Positions 28,303 through 37,870 of a DNA stretch of 64,000 nucleotides are shown here, piece by piece. Made by a program: the position numbers and the translations under genes. The number at the start of each line of letters is the position of its first letter. Positions within the stretch are counted from its first letter, which is position 1. The notes beneath the pieces are model-generated. The model did no database searches. It was not told the origin of the DNA and saw nothing but the letters and a program-made list of their open reading frames with translations. The stretch is from Bacteroidota bacterium (lineage in GTDB: Bacteria > Bacteroidota > Bacteroidia > JABDFU01): assembly GCA_013286655.1 (NCBI GenBank), contig JABDFG010000005.1:9712-73711 (forward strand), written 5' to 3'.

Positions 28303-28695
28303 ATGAAGAAGATTCATATTATCGGTATTCTGTTAATTGCGGTTTCTATCGGGGCTATTATGGCCTCTTTGTCTAATTCCAGTACTTACGCCAATTTCAG
28401 GGAAGCGAGTGTTCATCCGGATTTGGAATACCATGTTGTGGGTAAATTGAACAAGGAAAAAGAAACCGTTTACGACCCTAAAGCGGATGCGAATCTTTTC
28501 ACTTTCTATATGGTGGACAATGGCGGTATTGAAAAGAAAGTGGTCCTGCACAAAAGCAAACCTCAGGATTTTGAACGTTCCGAACAGATTGTCATCATTG
28601 GCAAATGCCGGGGGGATGCATTTCAGGCAGATGATATCCTGATGAAATGTCCTTCCAAGTACAATGATGGAAAGCCTTCTGAAACAAAAATTTAA
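28303..28695 (+). CDS. ccmE: Cytochrome c maturation heme chaperone CcmE, CxxxY variant
   Basis: 130 aa with an N-terminal TM anchor and OB-fold-like body. The C-terminal LMKCPSKY aligns with the canonical LAKHDENY heme-binding motif, with Cys in place of His. Confidence 0.8.
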   Translation: MKKIHIIGILLIAVSIGAIMASLSNSSTYANFREASVHPDLEYHVVGKLNKEKETVYDPKADANLFTFYMVDNGGIEKKVVLHKSKPQDFERSEQIVIIGKCRGDAFQADDILMKCPSKYNDGKPSETKI

Positions 28696-28697
28696 TC

Positions 28698-28711
28698 GTT
28701 AACAGTTAACA
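28698..28711 (+). repeat. (GTTAACA)x2 heptamer repeat between ccmE and ccmF
   Basis: Read directly: GTTAACAGTTAACA. Confidence 0.7.
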
Positions 28712-28719
28712 GCAAGAAG

Positions 28720-31161
28720 TTGGACATACATTATATTGGTGAACGATTGATTCCGGGACAGCTGGGTAATGTTTGTGTGATTTTAGCTTTTGTTGCTGCT
28801 TTGTTTTCTGCCGTCACCTACCTGATTTCCGCGAATAAATTTACAAAATCCGAACCGGATGCTGTTGCCTGGAAAATGATGGCCCGTGTTTCTTTCCGGC
28901 TGCATTCACTCGCGGTTATTGGAATCGTCGTTACCTTATTTTACATGTTGCAGGGCCATCTGTTTGAATATGAATATGTATGGCATCATTCGAATTCTGC
29001 TATGCGCATGCGTTATATTCTTTCCTGTTTCTGGGAGGGTCAGGAAGGAAGTTTTCTTTTATGGACGTTCTGGCATGTTGTTATTGGTACGATACTGATC
29101 AAAACAAGCAAGGAATGGGAAGCGCCCGTTATGACAACTGTTTCTGCTGTGCAGGTGTTCCTGACTTCTATGTTGCTGGGTGTTTATCTTTTTGATTATA
29201 AAATCGGAAGTAATCCTTTTACCATTTTACTTCGCCAGCATCCTGATTTTGCCAATATTCCCTTGTTTCAAAATCCCGACTACCTGGCGAAGTTGGATGG
29301 AAGGGGCTTAAACCCTTTGCTTCAGAACTACTGGATGACCATCCACCCTCCTACGCTTTTCCTTGGTTTTGCCCTCACCCTGGTACCTTTTGCATACGGC
29401 ATTGCGGGTTTGTGGACGAAGCGATTCCAGGAATGGCAGAAGCCTGCTTTGCCCTGGGCTTTTATTGGTATGGCGGTTCTTGGCACCGGTATCCTCATGG
29501 GAGGTGCCTGGGCTTATGAGGCCTTAAGCTTTGGCGGATTCTGGGCCTGGGATCCGGTGGAGAATTCTTCCCTTGTTCCCTGGTTAACGCTGGTGGGTGC
29601 TGCGCACGTTATGCTGATTCATAAGCATAAAGGACAATCGCTCTTTACCACGTTTTTCCTTACGTTCACCACATTTATACTGGTGCTTTATTCTACTTTC
29701 CTTACCCGGAGTGGTATTCTGGGTGAAACTTCGGTGCATGCGTTTACCGATCTTGGAATGTCGGGACAGTTGCTTCTTTATCTTTTCTTTTTTGTGATAC
29801 TCGCTGTTGTCCTGCTTATTGTTAATCGCAAACATTTCCCCAAGGTTGCGGAAGAGGAAGCTGTCTGGAGCCGGGAATTCTGGATTTTTCTTGGATCATT
29901 GGTTTTGCTGATCGCCTCTTTCCATATCATGTTTAATACTTCCATGCCGGTCTGGAATAAACTTTTTAAATTGAAAATGGCGCCACCAACGGATGCAATC
30001 GGGTTTTATAATTCCTGGCAAATTCCGTTCGCGATACTCCTTACTTTTCTCCTGGCTACGGGTCAGTATTTTAATTATAAGAACTCTGATATCAGAGCTG
30101 TTGTAAAGAAAGTACTGATTTCTTTTATTCTATCGCTTGTTTTGGCGGTTGTGATCGCTCTTCTGATGGGAATCAGCAAGGCCTTTTATGTTGTTCTGCT
30201 TTGGTCTTCTTTGTTTTGTATCTGCGCCAATGCGAATTACTGGCTGTTCGTTTTGAGTGGAAAGGTAAAAAAGGCAGGGGCTTCCATAGCTCATATTGGT
30301 TTTGGTTTAGTATTGTTGGGAGCGCTCCTTTCTACTTCCCGCAAGGAATTTATTTCTCATAATAATTCTGATAAGGACATCGAAGCGCTGAAGCTTTCGA
30401 ATGGCCGGAACAATATTTTGCTTCAGGTGGGTGACACCTTGCAAATGGGGGATTACTTTGTTACGTATACCGGGAAGCATAAACTGGGAGCTAATATTTA
30501 TTTTGATGTGGAGTATTATAAAAAACAACCCGATGGCAAATTAAAATACGATTTTACCTTAAAACCTATTGTGCAGATTAATGCTCAAATGGGAAATGTG
30601 GCGGAACCGGACACCCGGCATTTTTTGCAGAAGGATATTTATACGCATGTGACGTATGCGGATTATGAAACACTGGATGAAAAAAAACAGGAGGGAAATG
30701 AATACGGGACTTCGAAAAGTTTCACGATGGCTGTAGGTGATACGATTTCATCTTCGAACAGCCTGATTGTCCTGGAGGGGTTTAATACGAAGGTTGATAA
30801 AAACAAGTACCACCTCGGCGATTCGGTTCTAGCGGTGGAAGCGCATTTTAAACTATTCGATATTAACAAGAAAATTTATATTGCCAACCCGGTTTATGTG
30901 ATTAATCATAACCAGGTGGAACCTATTGAAGCGGAAGTTCCTGAACTGGGTTTGAAAATGAATTTCTGGAAGATTACTCCTGAAACCGGTAAAATTGACA
31001 TCTCTCTGGCGGAAAAAAATGTTAACAAGCCTGATTTTATTGTGATGGAGGCTATTGTTTTTCCCTGCATCAATATCCTCTGGATGGGTTGTGTAATTAT
31101 GGTGATCGGCACGGGATTAGCAATCTGGCAGCGAGTGAAGAAATTGAGGATTAAGGATTAA
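28720..31161 (+). CDS. ccmF: Cytochrome c-type biogenesis protein CcmF (heme lyase component)
   Basis: 813 aa, polytopic. WWD motif GGFWAWDPVENSSLVPWL. TTG start per the ORF track. Confidence 0.9.
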   Translation: MDIHYIGERLIPGQLGNVCVILAFVAALFSAVTYLISANKFTKSEPDAVAWKMMARVSFRLHSLAVIGIVVTLFYMLQGHLFEYEYVWHHSNSAMRMRYILSCFWEGQEGSFLLWTFWHVVIGTILIKTSKEWEAPVMTTVSAVQVFLTSMLLGVYLFDYKIGSNPFTILLRQHPDFANIPLFQNPDYLAKLDGRGLNPLLQNYWMTIHPPTLFLGFALTLVPFAYGIAGLWTKRFQEWQKPALPWAFIGMAVLGTGILMGGAWAYEALSFGGFWAWDPVENSSLVPWLTLVGAAHVMLIHKHKGQSLFTTFFLTFTTFILVLYSTFLTRSGILGETSVHAFTDLGMSGQLLLYLFFFVILAVVLLIVNRKHFPKVAEEEAVWSREFWIFLGSLVLLIASFHIMFNTSMPVWNKLFKLKMAPPTDAIGFYNSWQIPFAILLTFLLATGQYFNYKNSDIRAVVKKVLISFILSLVLAVVIALLMGISKAFYVVLLWSSLFCICANANYWLFVLSGKVKKAGASIAHIGFGLVLLGALLSTSRKEFISHNNSDKDIEALKLSNGRNNILLQVGDTLQMGDYFVTYTGKHKLGANIYFDVEYYKKQPDGKLKYDFTLKPIVQINAQMGNVAEPDTRHFLQKDIYTHVTYADYETLDEKKQEGNEYGTSKSFTMAVGDTISSSNSLIVLEGFNTKVDKNKYHLGDSVLAVEAHFKLFDINKKIYIANPVYVINHNQVEPIEAEVPELGLKMNFWKITPETGKIDISLAEKNVNKPDFIVMEAIVFPCINILWMGCVIMVIGTGLAIWQRVKKLRIKD

Positions 31162-31167
31162 GGATTT
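31147..31167 (+). repeat. (AGGATTA)x3 heptamer repeat spanning ccmF stop to next start codon
   Basis: AGGATTAAGGATTAAGGATTT followed immediately by ATG 31168. It encodes the last residues and stop of ccmF (..RIKD*). Confidence 0.8.
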
Positions 31168-31968
31168 ATGTTATCTCACTCTTCAACTATTGTACTTTTG
31201 GGTTCGGGTAATGTGGCTACGCAATTAGGCCTCGCCCTAAAAAAGGCGGGGCATCCTATTTTACAGGTGTATGGCCGGACAACAAAATCTGCCCGTACGC
31301 TTGCTCTTAAATTGAGGGCCCAGCCTGTTACCGTTCTTAAAAAAATCTCGGCGGAAGCTGATTTATACATCCTTGCTGTAAAAGATGATGTGGTGGCAAC
31401 CCTAGTCAAGCATTTGCCTTTAAAGCATCAACTGATTGTGCATACTTCGGGCACGCTTCCGATTTCTGTCCTGAAAGGTGTTTCTTCTAATTTTGGTGTG
31501 CTTTATCCCTTGCAGACCTTGTCAAAAAACAAACTGCTCAATTTTACAACAGTTCCTCTTTGCATTGAGGGGAATACAGCAGCCAACGAGCAGCGGATCC
31601 GAAAAGTGGCCAGGTCCGTTTCCGGACATGTTCATACTGTCCCTTCTGAGCAACGCAAAGTCCTCCACCTGGCGGCTGTATTTGCCGGGAATTTCAGCAA
31701 TCATATGTATGTTATTGCTGAACAAATACTCCGGGAACATCATCTTCCCTTTGAATTGCTTCTGCCTTTGATACGGGAAACTTCGGACAAGGTCAATTAC
31801 GGATCTCCTCGTGAGTTGCAGACCGGCCCGGCTATTCGAAATGATCGGGTCGTAATGAATGCTCACCTGAAGATGCTTTCTTCTGAGAAGGAGCTGAAAA
31901 ATTTGTACCGGGCTATCAGCCAGCATATCCTTCGGCCCAATTTACCTCCTGGAAAAAATAAACCGTAA
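31168..31968 (+). CDS. Rossmann-fold plus DUF2520 domain protein
   Basis: 266 aa. N-terminal GSGNVATQLG dinucleotide-binding loop, and the later LHLAAVFAGNFSNHM and QTGPAIRND motifs typical of DUF2520 proteins. Confidence 0.75.
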   Translation: MLSHSSTIVLLGSGNVATQLGLALKKAGHPILQVYGRTTKSARTLALKLRAQPVTVLKKISAEADLYILAVKDDVVATLVKHLPLKHQLIVHTSGTLPISVLKGVSSNFGVLYPLQTLSKNKLLNFTTVPLCIEGNTAANEQRIRKVARSVSGHVHTVPSEQRKVLHLAAVFAGNFSNHMYVIAEQILREHHLPFELLLPLIRETSDKVNYGSPRELQTGPAIRNDRVVMNAHLKMLSSEKELKNLYRAISQHILRPNLPPGKNKP

Positions 31969-31977
31969 TTTTGTCGT

Positions 31978-32994
31978 ATGCGCAAAATTGTTGCTTTTAG
32001 TAAACTCATACGTCTGCCCAATCTTTTGATCATCGCACTCGCACAGTATGCTATGCGATGGGGGGTTATTTATCCTATGTATTGTTTTATTAACAAGCAG
32101 CTTATTCAAAATTTTCCGGATAAGATCACGAATCCCAGGATACTTCAGTTCCAGGTAAGTGAACTTCAATTCTTTTTTCTTTCCCTGGCGACGGTGATGA
32201 TCGCCGCTGCGGGCTACATCATCAACGATTATTTTGATGTCAACATTGATCGCATTAATAAACCTTTACAATTAATCATTGATAAAACGATTAAGCGGAG
32301 GGAGGCTATGCTGGCCCATCTGGTGATCAGCGGAGTTGCTATTCTGATTGCCATGCGGGTATCGTTTCAGCTGGGTCTGTGGCATTATAGTTTTATCTAT
32401 GCCGCCTGCGCATTGGGTTTGTGGTTTTACTCAACTGAATTTAAAAAACAATTCTTAATCGGCAATCTTGTTGTCGCACTGTTTGTTGGGCTTACTCCTT
32501 TTATTACCGGACTTTATGAACTGCAACTGACTGCCGAAAAATACAGAATCTTAACCCTTCCCCCATTCGAGGTTCATTTTAAAATTATTTTCAATTTCAT
32601 CTTCGGTTTTTCCTGCCTGGCTTTTCTTATTAATCTTATCCGTGAGATCATAAAAGATATTCAGGATATGGATGGGGATAAGGTTTTCGGGTGTCGCACG
32701 GTACCGATTGTACTGGGTATTGAAACGAGTAAAAATATTGTTTCATTTCTGATCGTTGTTCTTATATTGATCATCGGATATCTTCAGAAAGGACAATACG
32801 ATTCACAGGCTACTCTTTCTTTTACTTACCTGCTTTTTTTTATCCAACTACCCCTGGCTCTATTGCTTTTTCTTGTTCAAAGGGCGGATGCTCCAAAAGA
32901 ATTTAAACTACCGGATAGCTTAAGTAAACTGATTATGCTAACAGGTGTTTTGTATTCCCTGGTTATTTATTACAGCTTTCTGAACAATGCCTGA
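31978..32994 (+). CDS. UbiA-family prenyltransferase
   Basis: 338 aa, about 8-9 TM. Asp-rich motif NDYFDVNIDRINKP, with a second motif region KDIQDMDGD. Confidence 0.8.
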   Translation: MRKIVAFSKLIRLPNLLIIALAQYAMRWGVIYPMYCFINKQLIQNFPDKITNPRILQFQVSELQFFFLSLATVMIAAAGYIINDYFDVNIDRINKPLQLIIDKTIKRREAMLAHLVISGVAILIAMRVSFQLGLWHYSFIYAACALGLWFYSTEFKKQFLIGNLVVALFVGLTPFITGLYELQLTAEKYRILTLPPFEVHFKIIFNFIFGFSCLAFLINLIREIIKDIQDMDGDKVFGCRTVPIVLGIETSKNIVSFLIVVLILIIGYLQKGQYDSQATLSFTYLLFFIQLPLALLLFLVQRADAPKEFKLPDSLSKLIMLTGVLYSLVIYYSFLNNA

Positions 32995-33580
32995 TTATAC
33001 GTTTTCCCATTATCATATTATCCTCGCGTCCAAATCTCCCCGCAGGCATCATTTATTAAAGGAGCTGGGAATTGCTTTTGAAGTGCAAACGAAAGATGTG
33101 GAGGAGTCTTTTCCGGCGCATCTTAAAGCACAGGAAATTCCGCTGTATCTCTGCAGGAAAAAAGCAGATGCTTTTGAAGGTTCCCTACAGGATAATAGTA
33201 TTGTGATTACGGCTGATACGGTCGTTTGGATTGAAGGACAAGTACTTAATAAGCCTGTAGATGCTTCGGATGCAAAGCGAATGCTTCGTCTTCTGTCGGG
33301 AAAATGCCATGAGGTTTTTACCGGGGTCTGCCTCAAATCAAAACTGAAAACGCATAGTTTTTTTTCTGCTACTAAAGTTTATTTCAAACATCTTTCGGAG
33401 GATGAGATTGATTACTATATCAATAATTACCGGCCTTATGATAAGGCCGGTGCCTACGGCGCTCAGGAATGGATTGGATATATCGGCGTGGAAAGAATTG
33501 AGGGTTCTTACTTCAATGTGATGGGATTGCCGGTGAAGGAGTTGTATGAGCATTTAAGCATCCATTTTACTACTCCATAA
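32987..33580 (+). CDS. maf: Maf-family nucleoside triphosphate pyrophosphatase
   Basis: 197 aa. ILASKSPRR..LL..LG, and later YDKAGAYGAQE. Confidence 0.9.
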   Translation: MPDYTFSHYHIILASKSPRRHHLLKELGIAFEVQTKDVEESFPAHLKAQEIPLYLCRKKADAFEGSLQDNSIVITADTVVWIEGQVLNKPVDASDAKRMLRLLSGKCHEVFTGVCLKSKLKTHSFFSATKVYFKHLSEDEIDYYINNYRPYDKAGAYGAQEWIGYIGVERIEGSYFNVMGLPVKELYEHLSIHFTTP

Positions 33581-33596
33581 ATTTGTCGTATCACAT

Positions 33597-34907
33597 TTAA
33601 TGCAGCAATTCCCCATACAGGTCGTAGGGTTCTGCGGAAGTTATTCTGACTTTGCTAAAGTCTCCGATGCGTATATAATTACTTGCTTTTACGAGTACTT
33701 CGTTGTCTACTTCGGGGGAATCCGATTCTGTTCGTCCGATGAAATAATCACCTTCTTTGCGATCGAACAGAACCTTGAATTCTTTTCCGACTTTTTCTTG
33801 ATTTAATTCCTGGGAAATGGTTTGTTGCACTTCCATCACTGCTTCTGCCCGCTCTTGTTTTGTTTCCGCGCTTACGTCATCTTTCAGGGAATAGGCGTGT
33901 GTGTTTTCTTCGTGTGAGTAAGGGAAAATTCCCAGGCGGTCAAAGCGGGTCGCCCGGACCCAGTCCAGCATTTCTTCGTGGTCTTTTTCTGATTCTCCGG
34001 GATAACCACTGATCAAGGTTGTACGGAGCGCAATTCCGGGTACTTTATCACGGATCGTATTGACCAGGTCGATCGTTTTTTGTTTGGTGGTTCCTCTTCG
34101 CATACTTTTCAACATGGCATCGCTAATGTGTTGCAAGGGCATATCCAGGTAATTGCAGATGTTTGTTTTCCCTTTCATTACTTCCAGTATATCCAGGGGG
34201 AACCCTGCCGGAAATGCGTAATGAAGGCGGATCCAGTCTATCCCTTCGACATCTGAAAGTTGATTCAGCAGTTCGGAGAGGTTGCGTTTTTTATACAGAT
34301 CAAGTCCGTAATAAGTTAAATCCTGAGCGATCAGAATCAATTCCTTTGTTCCGTTTTTTGCCAATGTCTTTGCCTGTTGAACAAGTTGCTCCATGGGAAC
34401 GGACAGGTGTTTCCCCCGCATAAGCGGAATGGCACAAAAGGAACAAGGACGATCGCAGCCTTCTGCTATTTTGAAATAGGCAAAATGGTTGGGCGTGGTT
34501 AACAGTCGCTCTCCAATTAGTTCATGTTTGTAATCTGCCTTTAATGTTTTTAATAAACGGGGCAGATCCCGGGTTCCAAAATAAGCGTTCACTTCCGGTA
34601 TTTCCTTTTCCAATTCAGGTTTATACCGTTCGCTCAGACAACCGGTTACGTATAATTTATTGATCAATCCTTTTTTCTTTGCATCTGCATAACGGATGAT
34701 GGTATCAATGCTTTCCTGCTTTGCATTCTCAATAAATCCGCAGGTGTTAATAATGATAATTCCTGCATCGCCTGCGTTGCTCTCGTGCTCTACTTCTATG
34801 TTGTTTGCTTTCAACTGACCCATCAGTACTTCGGAGTCGTAAATGTTCTTGGAACAACCCAGGGTTACTACATTTACTTTATTTTTCTTGAGTGTCTTGG
34901 TTTTCAT
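33597..34907 (-). CDS. rimO: Ribosomal protein S12 methylthiotransferase RimO
   Basis: 436 aa. N-terminal VNVVTLGCSKN, radical-SAM CDRPCSFCAIP, and a C-terminal TRAM domain. Confidence 0.9.
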   Translation of the reverse strand: MKTKTLKKNKVNVVTLGCSKNIYDSEVLMGQLKANNIEVEHESNAGDAGIIIINTCGFIENAKQESIDTIIRYADAKKKGLINKLYVTGCLSERYKPELEKEIPEVNAYFGTRDLPRLLKTLKADYKHELIGERLLTTPNHFAYFKIAEGCDRPCSFCAIPLMRGKHLSVPMEQLVQQAKTLAKNGTKELILIAQDLTYYGLDLYKKRNLSELLNQLSDVEGIDWIRLHYAFPAGFPLDILEVMKGKTNICNYLDMPLQHISDAMLKSMRRGTTKQKTIDLVNTIRDKVPGIALRTTLISGYPGESEKDHEEMLDWVRATRFDRLGIFPYSHEENTHAYSLKDDVSAETKQERAEAVMEVQQTISQELNQEKVGKEFKVLFDRKEGDYFIGRTESDSPEVDNEVLVKASNYIRIGDFSKVRITSAEPYDLYGELLH

Positions 34908-34913
34908 ACTTTA

Positions 34914-35888
34914 TTAATTCGCCAGATCCGCATTGTCTTTGAAAAGAGAATCTGCAAATTCGTATTTGTTAAATACCTGCAGATCTTCCTTCTTCTCTCC
35001 TACTCCTATGTATTTTACCGGGATTTTAAATTGATCGGAAATTCCAATCACCACTCCTCCCCTGGCTGTTCCATCCAGCTTGGTAATTGCCAACGCATTC
35101 ACATCGGTGGCTGCACTGAACTGCCTGCATTGTTCAATGGCGTTCTGCCCGGTGGATCCATCCAGTACGAGCAGGATCTCATGAGGAGCATCGGGAATAA
35201 CTTTTTGCATGACTTTTTTGATCTTACCCAATTCGTTCATCAGGTTTACTTTGTTGTGCAGGCGACCGGCTGTATCGATGATCACCACATCGATGTCCTT
35301 GGTAAGAGCGGAACTCAAGGTATCGTATGCCACGGATGCGGGATCTGCATTCATCCCTTGGGATACAATCGAGACTCCTATACGCTCAGACCAGATCGTC
35401 AATTGTTCCACTGCAGCTGCCCGAAAGGTGTCCCCTGCACCCAGCATTACATTTTTCCCCGCTTTTTTGAACTGATATGCCAGCTTTCCAATGGTAGTTG
35501 TTTTTCCAACGCCATTGACTCCAATAACCATTATAACATAGGGCTTTTTTGCAGAAGGAAGCTGGAACTCTCCCTTTGTGTCTGCTGTTTCGCTTTGTAT
35601 CATCAAAGCTGCAATTTCTTCCCGGAGTATATTCTTTAATTCTGCGGTATCTACCTTGTGCTGCTTTTCTACCCGCTTCTGAATGTTATCAATAATTTTC
35701 AGGGTGGTTTCCACTCCTACATCAGAGGAGATAAGTATTTCTTCCAGGTTGGCCAATACTTCATGGTCTACCGTAGCTTTTCCCATAACTGCTTTTGCCA
35801 GTTTGGAAAAGAAGCTTTGCTTAGTGACAAATAAACCTTTATCTAGTTTTTCTTTTTTGTCTTTTGTAAAAAAACCGAATAGCCCCAT
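34914..35888 (-). CDS. ftsY: Signal recognition particle receptor FtsY
   Basis: MGLFGFFTKDKK start (ATG at 35888), GVNGVGKTTTIGKLA P-loop, DTAGR, and TKLDGTA. Confidence 0.9.
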   Translation of the reverse strand: MGLFGFFTKDKKEKLDKGLFVTKQSFFSKLAKAVMGKATVDHEVLANLEEILISSDVGVETTLKIIDNIQKRVEKQHKVDTAELKNILREEIAALMIQSETADTKGEFQLPSAKKPYVIMVIGVNGVGKTTTIGKLAYQFKKAGKNVMLGAGDTFRAAAVEQLTIWSERIGVSIVSQGMNADPASVAYDTLSSALTKDIDVVIIDTAGRLHNKVNLMNELGKIKKVMQKVIPDAPHEILLVLDGSTGQNAIEQCRQFSAATDVNALAITKLDGTARGGVVIGISDQFKIPVKYIGVGEKKEDLQVFNKYEFADSLFKDNADLAN

Positions 35889-35945
35889 TTGTTGTTTGTT
35901 AATAAGCACCTACAGACTACGTTTTGCAGAGCAAAACCAGGTCTA

Positions 35946-35980
35946 ATTAAAAAAGCTCCCTTCTTGGAGAAAGGAGCTTT
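35946..35980 (-). terminator. Rho-independent terminator after rpmB-rpmG-DUF4295
   Basis: On the minus strand, AAAGCTCC...GGAGC is followed by a T6 run. On the + strand these are AAAGCTCC 35952-35959 and GGAGCTTT 35973-35980. Confidence 0.6.
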
Positions 35981-36003
35981 AACAAGATTATTATAAACGT
36001 ATA

Positions 36004-36159
36004 TTATTTAGACGCCAAAAAATCTTTGATGTGATCGTTGTGAACAATCTCCTCTTTGAAGGCATAAGAACCTGTTTTGGCTGATTTAACCATTTTTATC
36101 ACTTTCGTGAAATTGTTCCCTTTACCGCTTTTTAATGTTGCAACTACTTTCTTTGCCAT
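36004..36159 (-). CDS. DUF4295 small basic protein (51 aa), below ORF-track cut-off
   Basis: Hand translation gives MAKKVVATLKSGKGNNFTKVIKMVKSAKTGSYAFKEEIVHNDHIKDFLASK*. Its position between rpmG and ftsY is conserved in Bacteroidota. Confidence 0.75.
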   Translation of the reverse strand: MAKKVVATLKSGKGNNFTKVIKMVKSAKTGSYAFKEEIVHNDHIKDFLASK

Positions 36160-36168
36160 GACTTATTG

Positions 36169-36351
36169 TTATTTAATTTCTTTGTGAAGTGTCACTTTTC
36201 TTAGAATGGGATTGTATTTTTTCAATTCCAAACGATCGGTTGTGTTTTTTTTGTTTTTGGTGGTGATGTACCTGGATGTTCCGGGTTTACCACTGTCCTT
36301 GTGCTCTGTGCACTCCATGATCACCTGGATCCTGTTTCTGCTTCTTGCCAT
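36169..36351 (-). CDS. rpmG: 50S ribosomal protein L33
   Basis: 60 aa: [18 protein letters not shown]...[31 protein letters not shown]. Confidence 0.95.
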   Translation of the reverse strand: MARSRNRIQVIMECTEHKDSGKPGTSRYITTKNKKNTTDRLELKKYNPILRKVTLHKEIK

Positions 36352-36370
36352 TTTTTTACGCTTTAAATCG

Positions 36371-36610
36371 TTATTTCTTCAAAAATCCTTTTGCACGTGC
36401 TTCTTTTACTACTGCGCTTACGCCATTTTTGCTGATGGTACGCAGAGCGGAAGTGCTCACACGGATGCTGATCCATTTATTTTCTTCCGGAAGGAAGACC
36501 TTTTTTGTTTGCAGGTTTACGTTAAATTTTCTCTTGGATTTACGGTTAGAGAATGACACTTTATGGCCTGTTATCGCCTTTTTTCCTGTTATTTCACAAA
36601 TTCTTGACAT
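36371..36610 (-). CDS. rpmB: 50S ribosomal protein L28
   Basis: [34 protein letters not shown]. The start is at the internal ATG 36610, and the longer track ORF runs into the upstream repeat region. Confidence 0.95.
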   Translation of the reverse strand: MSRICEITGKKAITGHKVSFSNRKSKRKFNVNLQTKKVFLPEENKWISIRVSTSALRTISKNGVSAVVKEARAKGFLKK

Positions 36611-36690
36611 GGTCCTGAATATTAAATATAGTTCCCTTTTTTTATTAGGGAGGGCAAATATCGGGTATTTTATTGAATAAGACAATAGTA

Positions 36691-36717
36691 AATTAGCCAA
36701 TTAGCCAATTAGCCAAT
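36691..36717 (+). repeat. (AATTAGCC)x3 octanucleotide tandem repeat
   Basis: AATTAGCCAATTAGCCAATTAGCCAAT, read directly. It lies between the NMO-like gene and rpmB. Confidence 0.9.
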
Positions 36718-36774
36718 GGGGCATTATTCAATAAATTGATTATCAAATAGTTGCAAACTATTTTCCATTAATGA

Positions 36775-37746
36775 CTAATTAACCATTGCCTCCTGAATTA
36801 ACGTTCCGATGATTTCCTTTACCGGTCGTATAGCATGAATGTATTCAATGGAGGGTCCTGCGCACCATACCGTTTTGTAGCTGGCTCCTAATGCTGATTT
36901 TTCAAGCATCCGAAGGCCTTTTAGGGCGAGGATTAATTTTATGTATTTTTTCAACCATTTGTTGCTGTGCATCAGCTTTTCCAGGAAACTGGCTTTGGTG
37001 CCCAGGCTTTGTACATAGGGTGTATTTATCACGGTGAGGGCTGAACCTGATAGTTTTGTTGTTCGTACGATGTCTTTTGCTCCGTAATGAATGAGTGCAT
37101 CTTTGTATTCCTTTGAAACGGGTGATTCCTCTGATGCGATAAATAGGGTTCCTATGGAAAATGCATCGGCTCCAAGTGCCAGCCCTTGTTTTAGCTGCTG
37201 GCCGGTCGCGATACCGCCAGCGGAGATAACGGGGATGGTCAGGTTTTTCTTTAACAACGGGACCAATTCTTCGGGAGGAATATTACCTGCATGACCTCCT
37301 GCTTTTGAGTTAACCGCAATTACCGCGTCGGCACCAAGTTGCTGTACTTTTAAGGCATAGTTTAAATCCACCACGTCACAAAAAACCTTGATGCCCGTCC
37401 CTTTGCATTTTTCAATGACTTCCTGCGGACTTCCCAGAGAAGTTATTATAAAATCCACCTTTAATTCGATGCAGGTTTTTAATTGTCCGGGGTATTTATA
37501 GTTCGATTTATTGACAATCAAATTGATCCCGAATGGTTTATTTGTCTTGCTCCTGATTTCTAAAATTGCTGCTCTCAACTCCGGATCGGTACGGTAATTC
37601 AGGGCCGGAAAAGCAGCCGTAATTCCGCTTTCGAGTGCGGCGATCACCATCGCCGTATTGCTGACCAGGAACATAGGGGCCATGATGATAGGGTATTCTA
37701 TGCCTAACATTTTTGTGAAGGAGGTCATTAATTCGTGAATTAACAA
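36775..37746 (-). CDS. NAD(P)H-dependent flavin oxidoreductase / nitronate monooxygenase family (FabK-like TIM barrel)
   Basis: 323 aa. LGIEYPIIMAPM..VSN..., and AGGHAG and SAGGIATG motifs. Confidence 0.8.
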   Translation of the reverse strand: MLIHELMTSFTKMLGIEYPIIMAPMFLVSNTAMVIAALESGITAAFPALNYRTDPELRAAILEIRSKTNKPFGINLIVNKSNYKYPGQLKTCIELKVDFIITSLGSPQEVIEKCKGTGIKVFCDVVDLNYALKVQQLGADAVIAVNSKAGGHAGNIPPEELVPLLKKNLTIPVISAGGIATGQQLKQGLALGADAFSIGTLFIASEESPVSKEYKDALIHYGAKDIVRTTKLSGSALTVINTPYVQSLGTKASFLEKLMHSNKWLKKYIKLILALKGLRMLEKSALGASYKTVWCAGPSIEYIHAIRPVKEIIGTLIQEAMVN

Positions 37747-37822
37747 ATTAGCAAATTTCTGCGTTTACTAAAAAATTTGTTTTAAAAGATACATAAGTAT
37801 ACCCACCATTCCATCACTAAAA

Positions 37823-37870
37823 AATTAGCTAATTAGTTAACTGACTAATTGGCTAATTGGCTAATTAAAG
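37823..37870 (+). repeat. Six-unit 8-nt periodic array (AATTAGCT AATTAGTT AACTGACT AATTGGCT AATTGGCT AATTAAAG); core AATTGGCT is the reverse complement of the 36691 repeat family
   Basis: Read directly. It overlaps the thiolase stop codon (37865-37867). Confidence 0.85.

Noticed and set aside
34785-35639. 284-aa plus-strand ORF
   Set aside because: It is entirely antisense to the rimO 5' end and to ftsY. Its Cys/His/Phe-rich composition is typical of a shadow ORF.
36745-36763. AAATAGTT-GCA-AACTATTT palindrome after the NMO-like gene as a terminator
   Set aside because: The stem is purely A/T, 8 bp with a 3-nt loop and no T-tract, so it is too weak to call.
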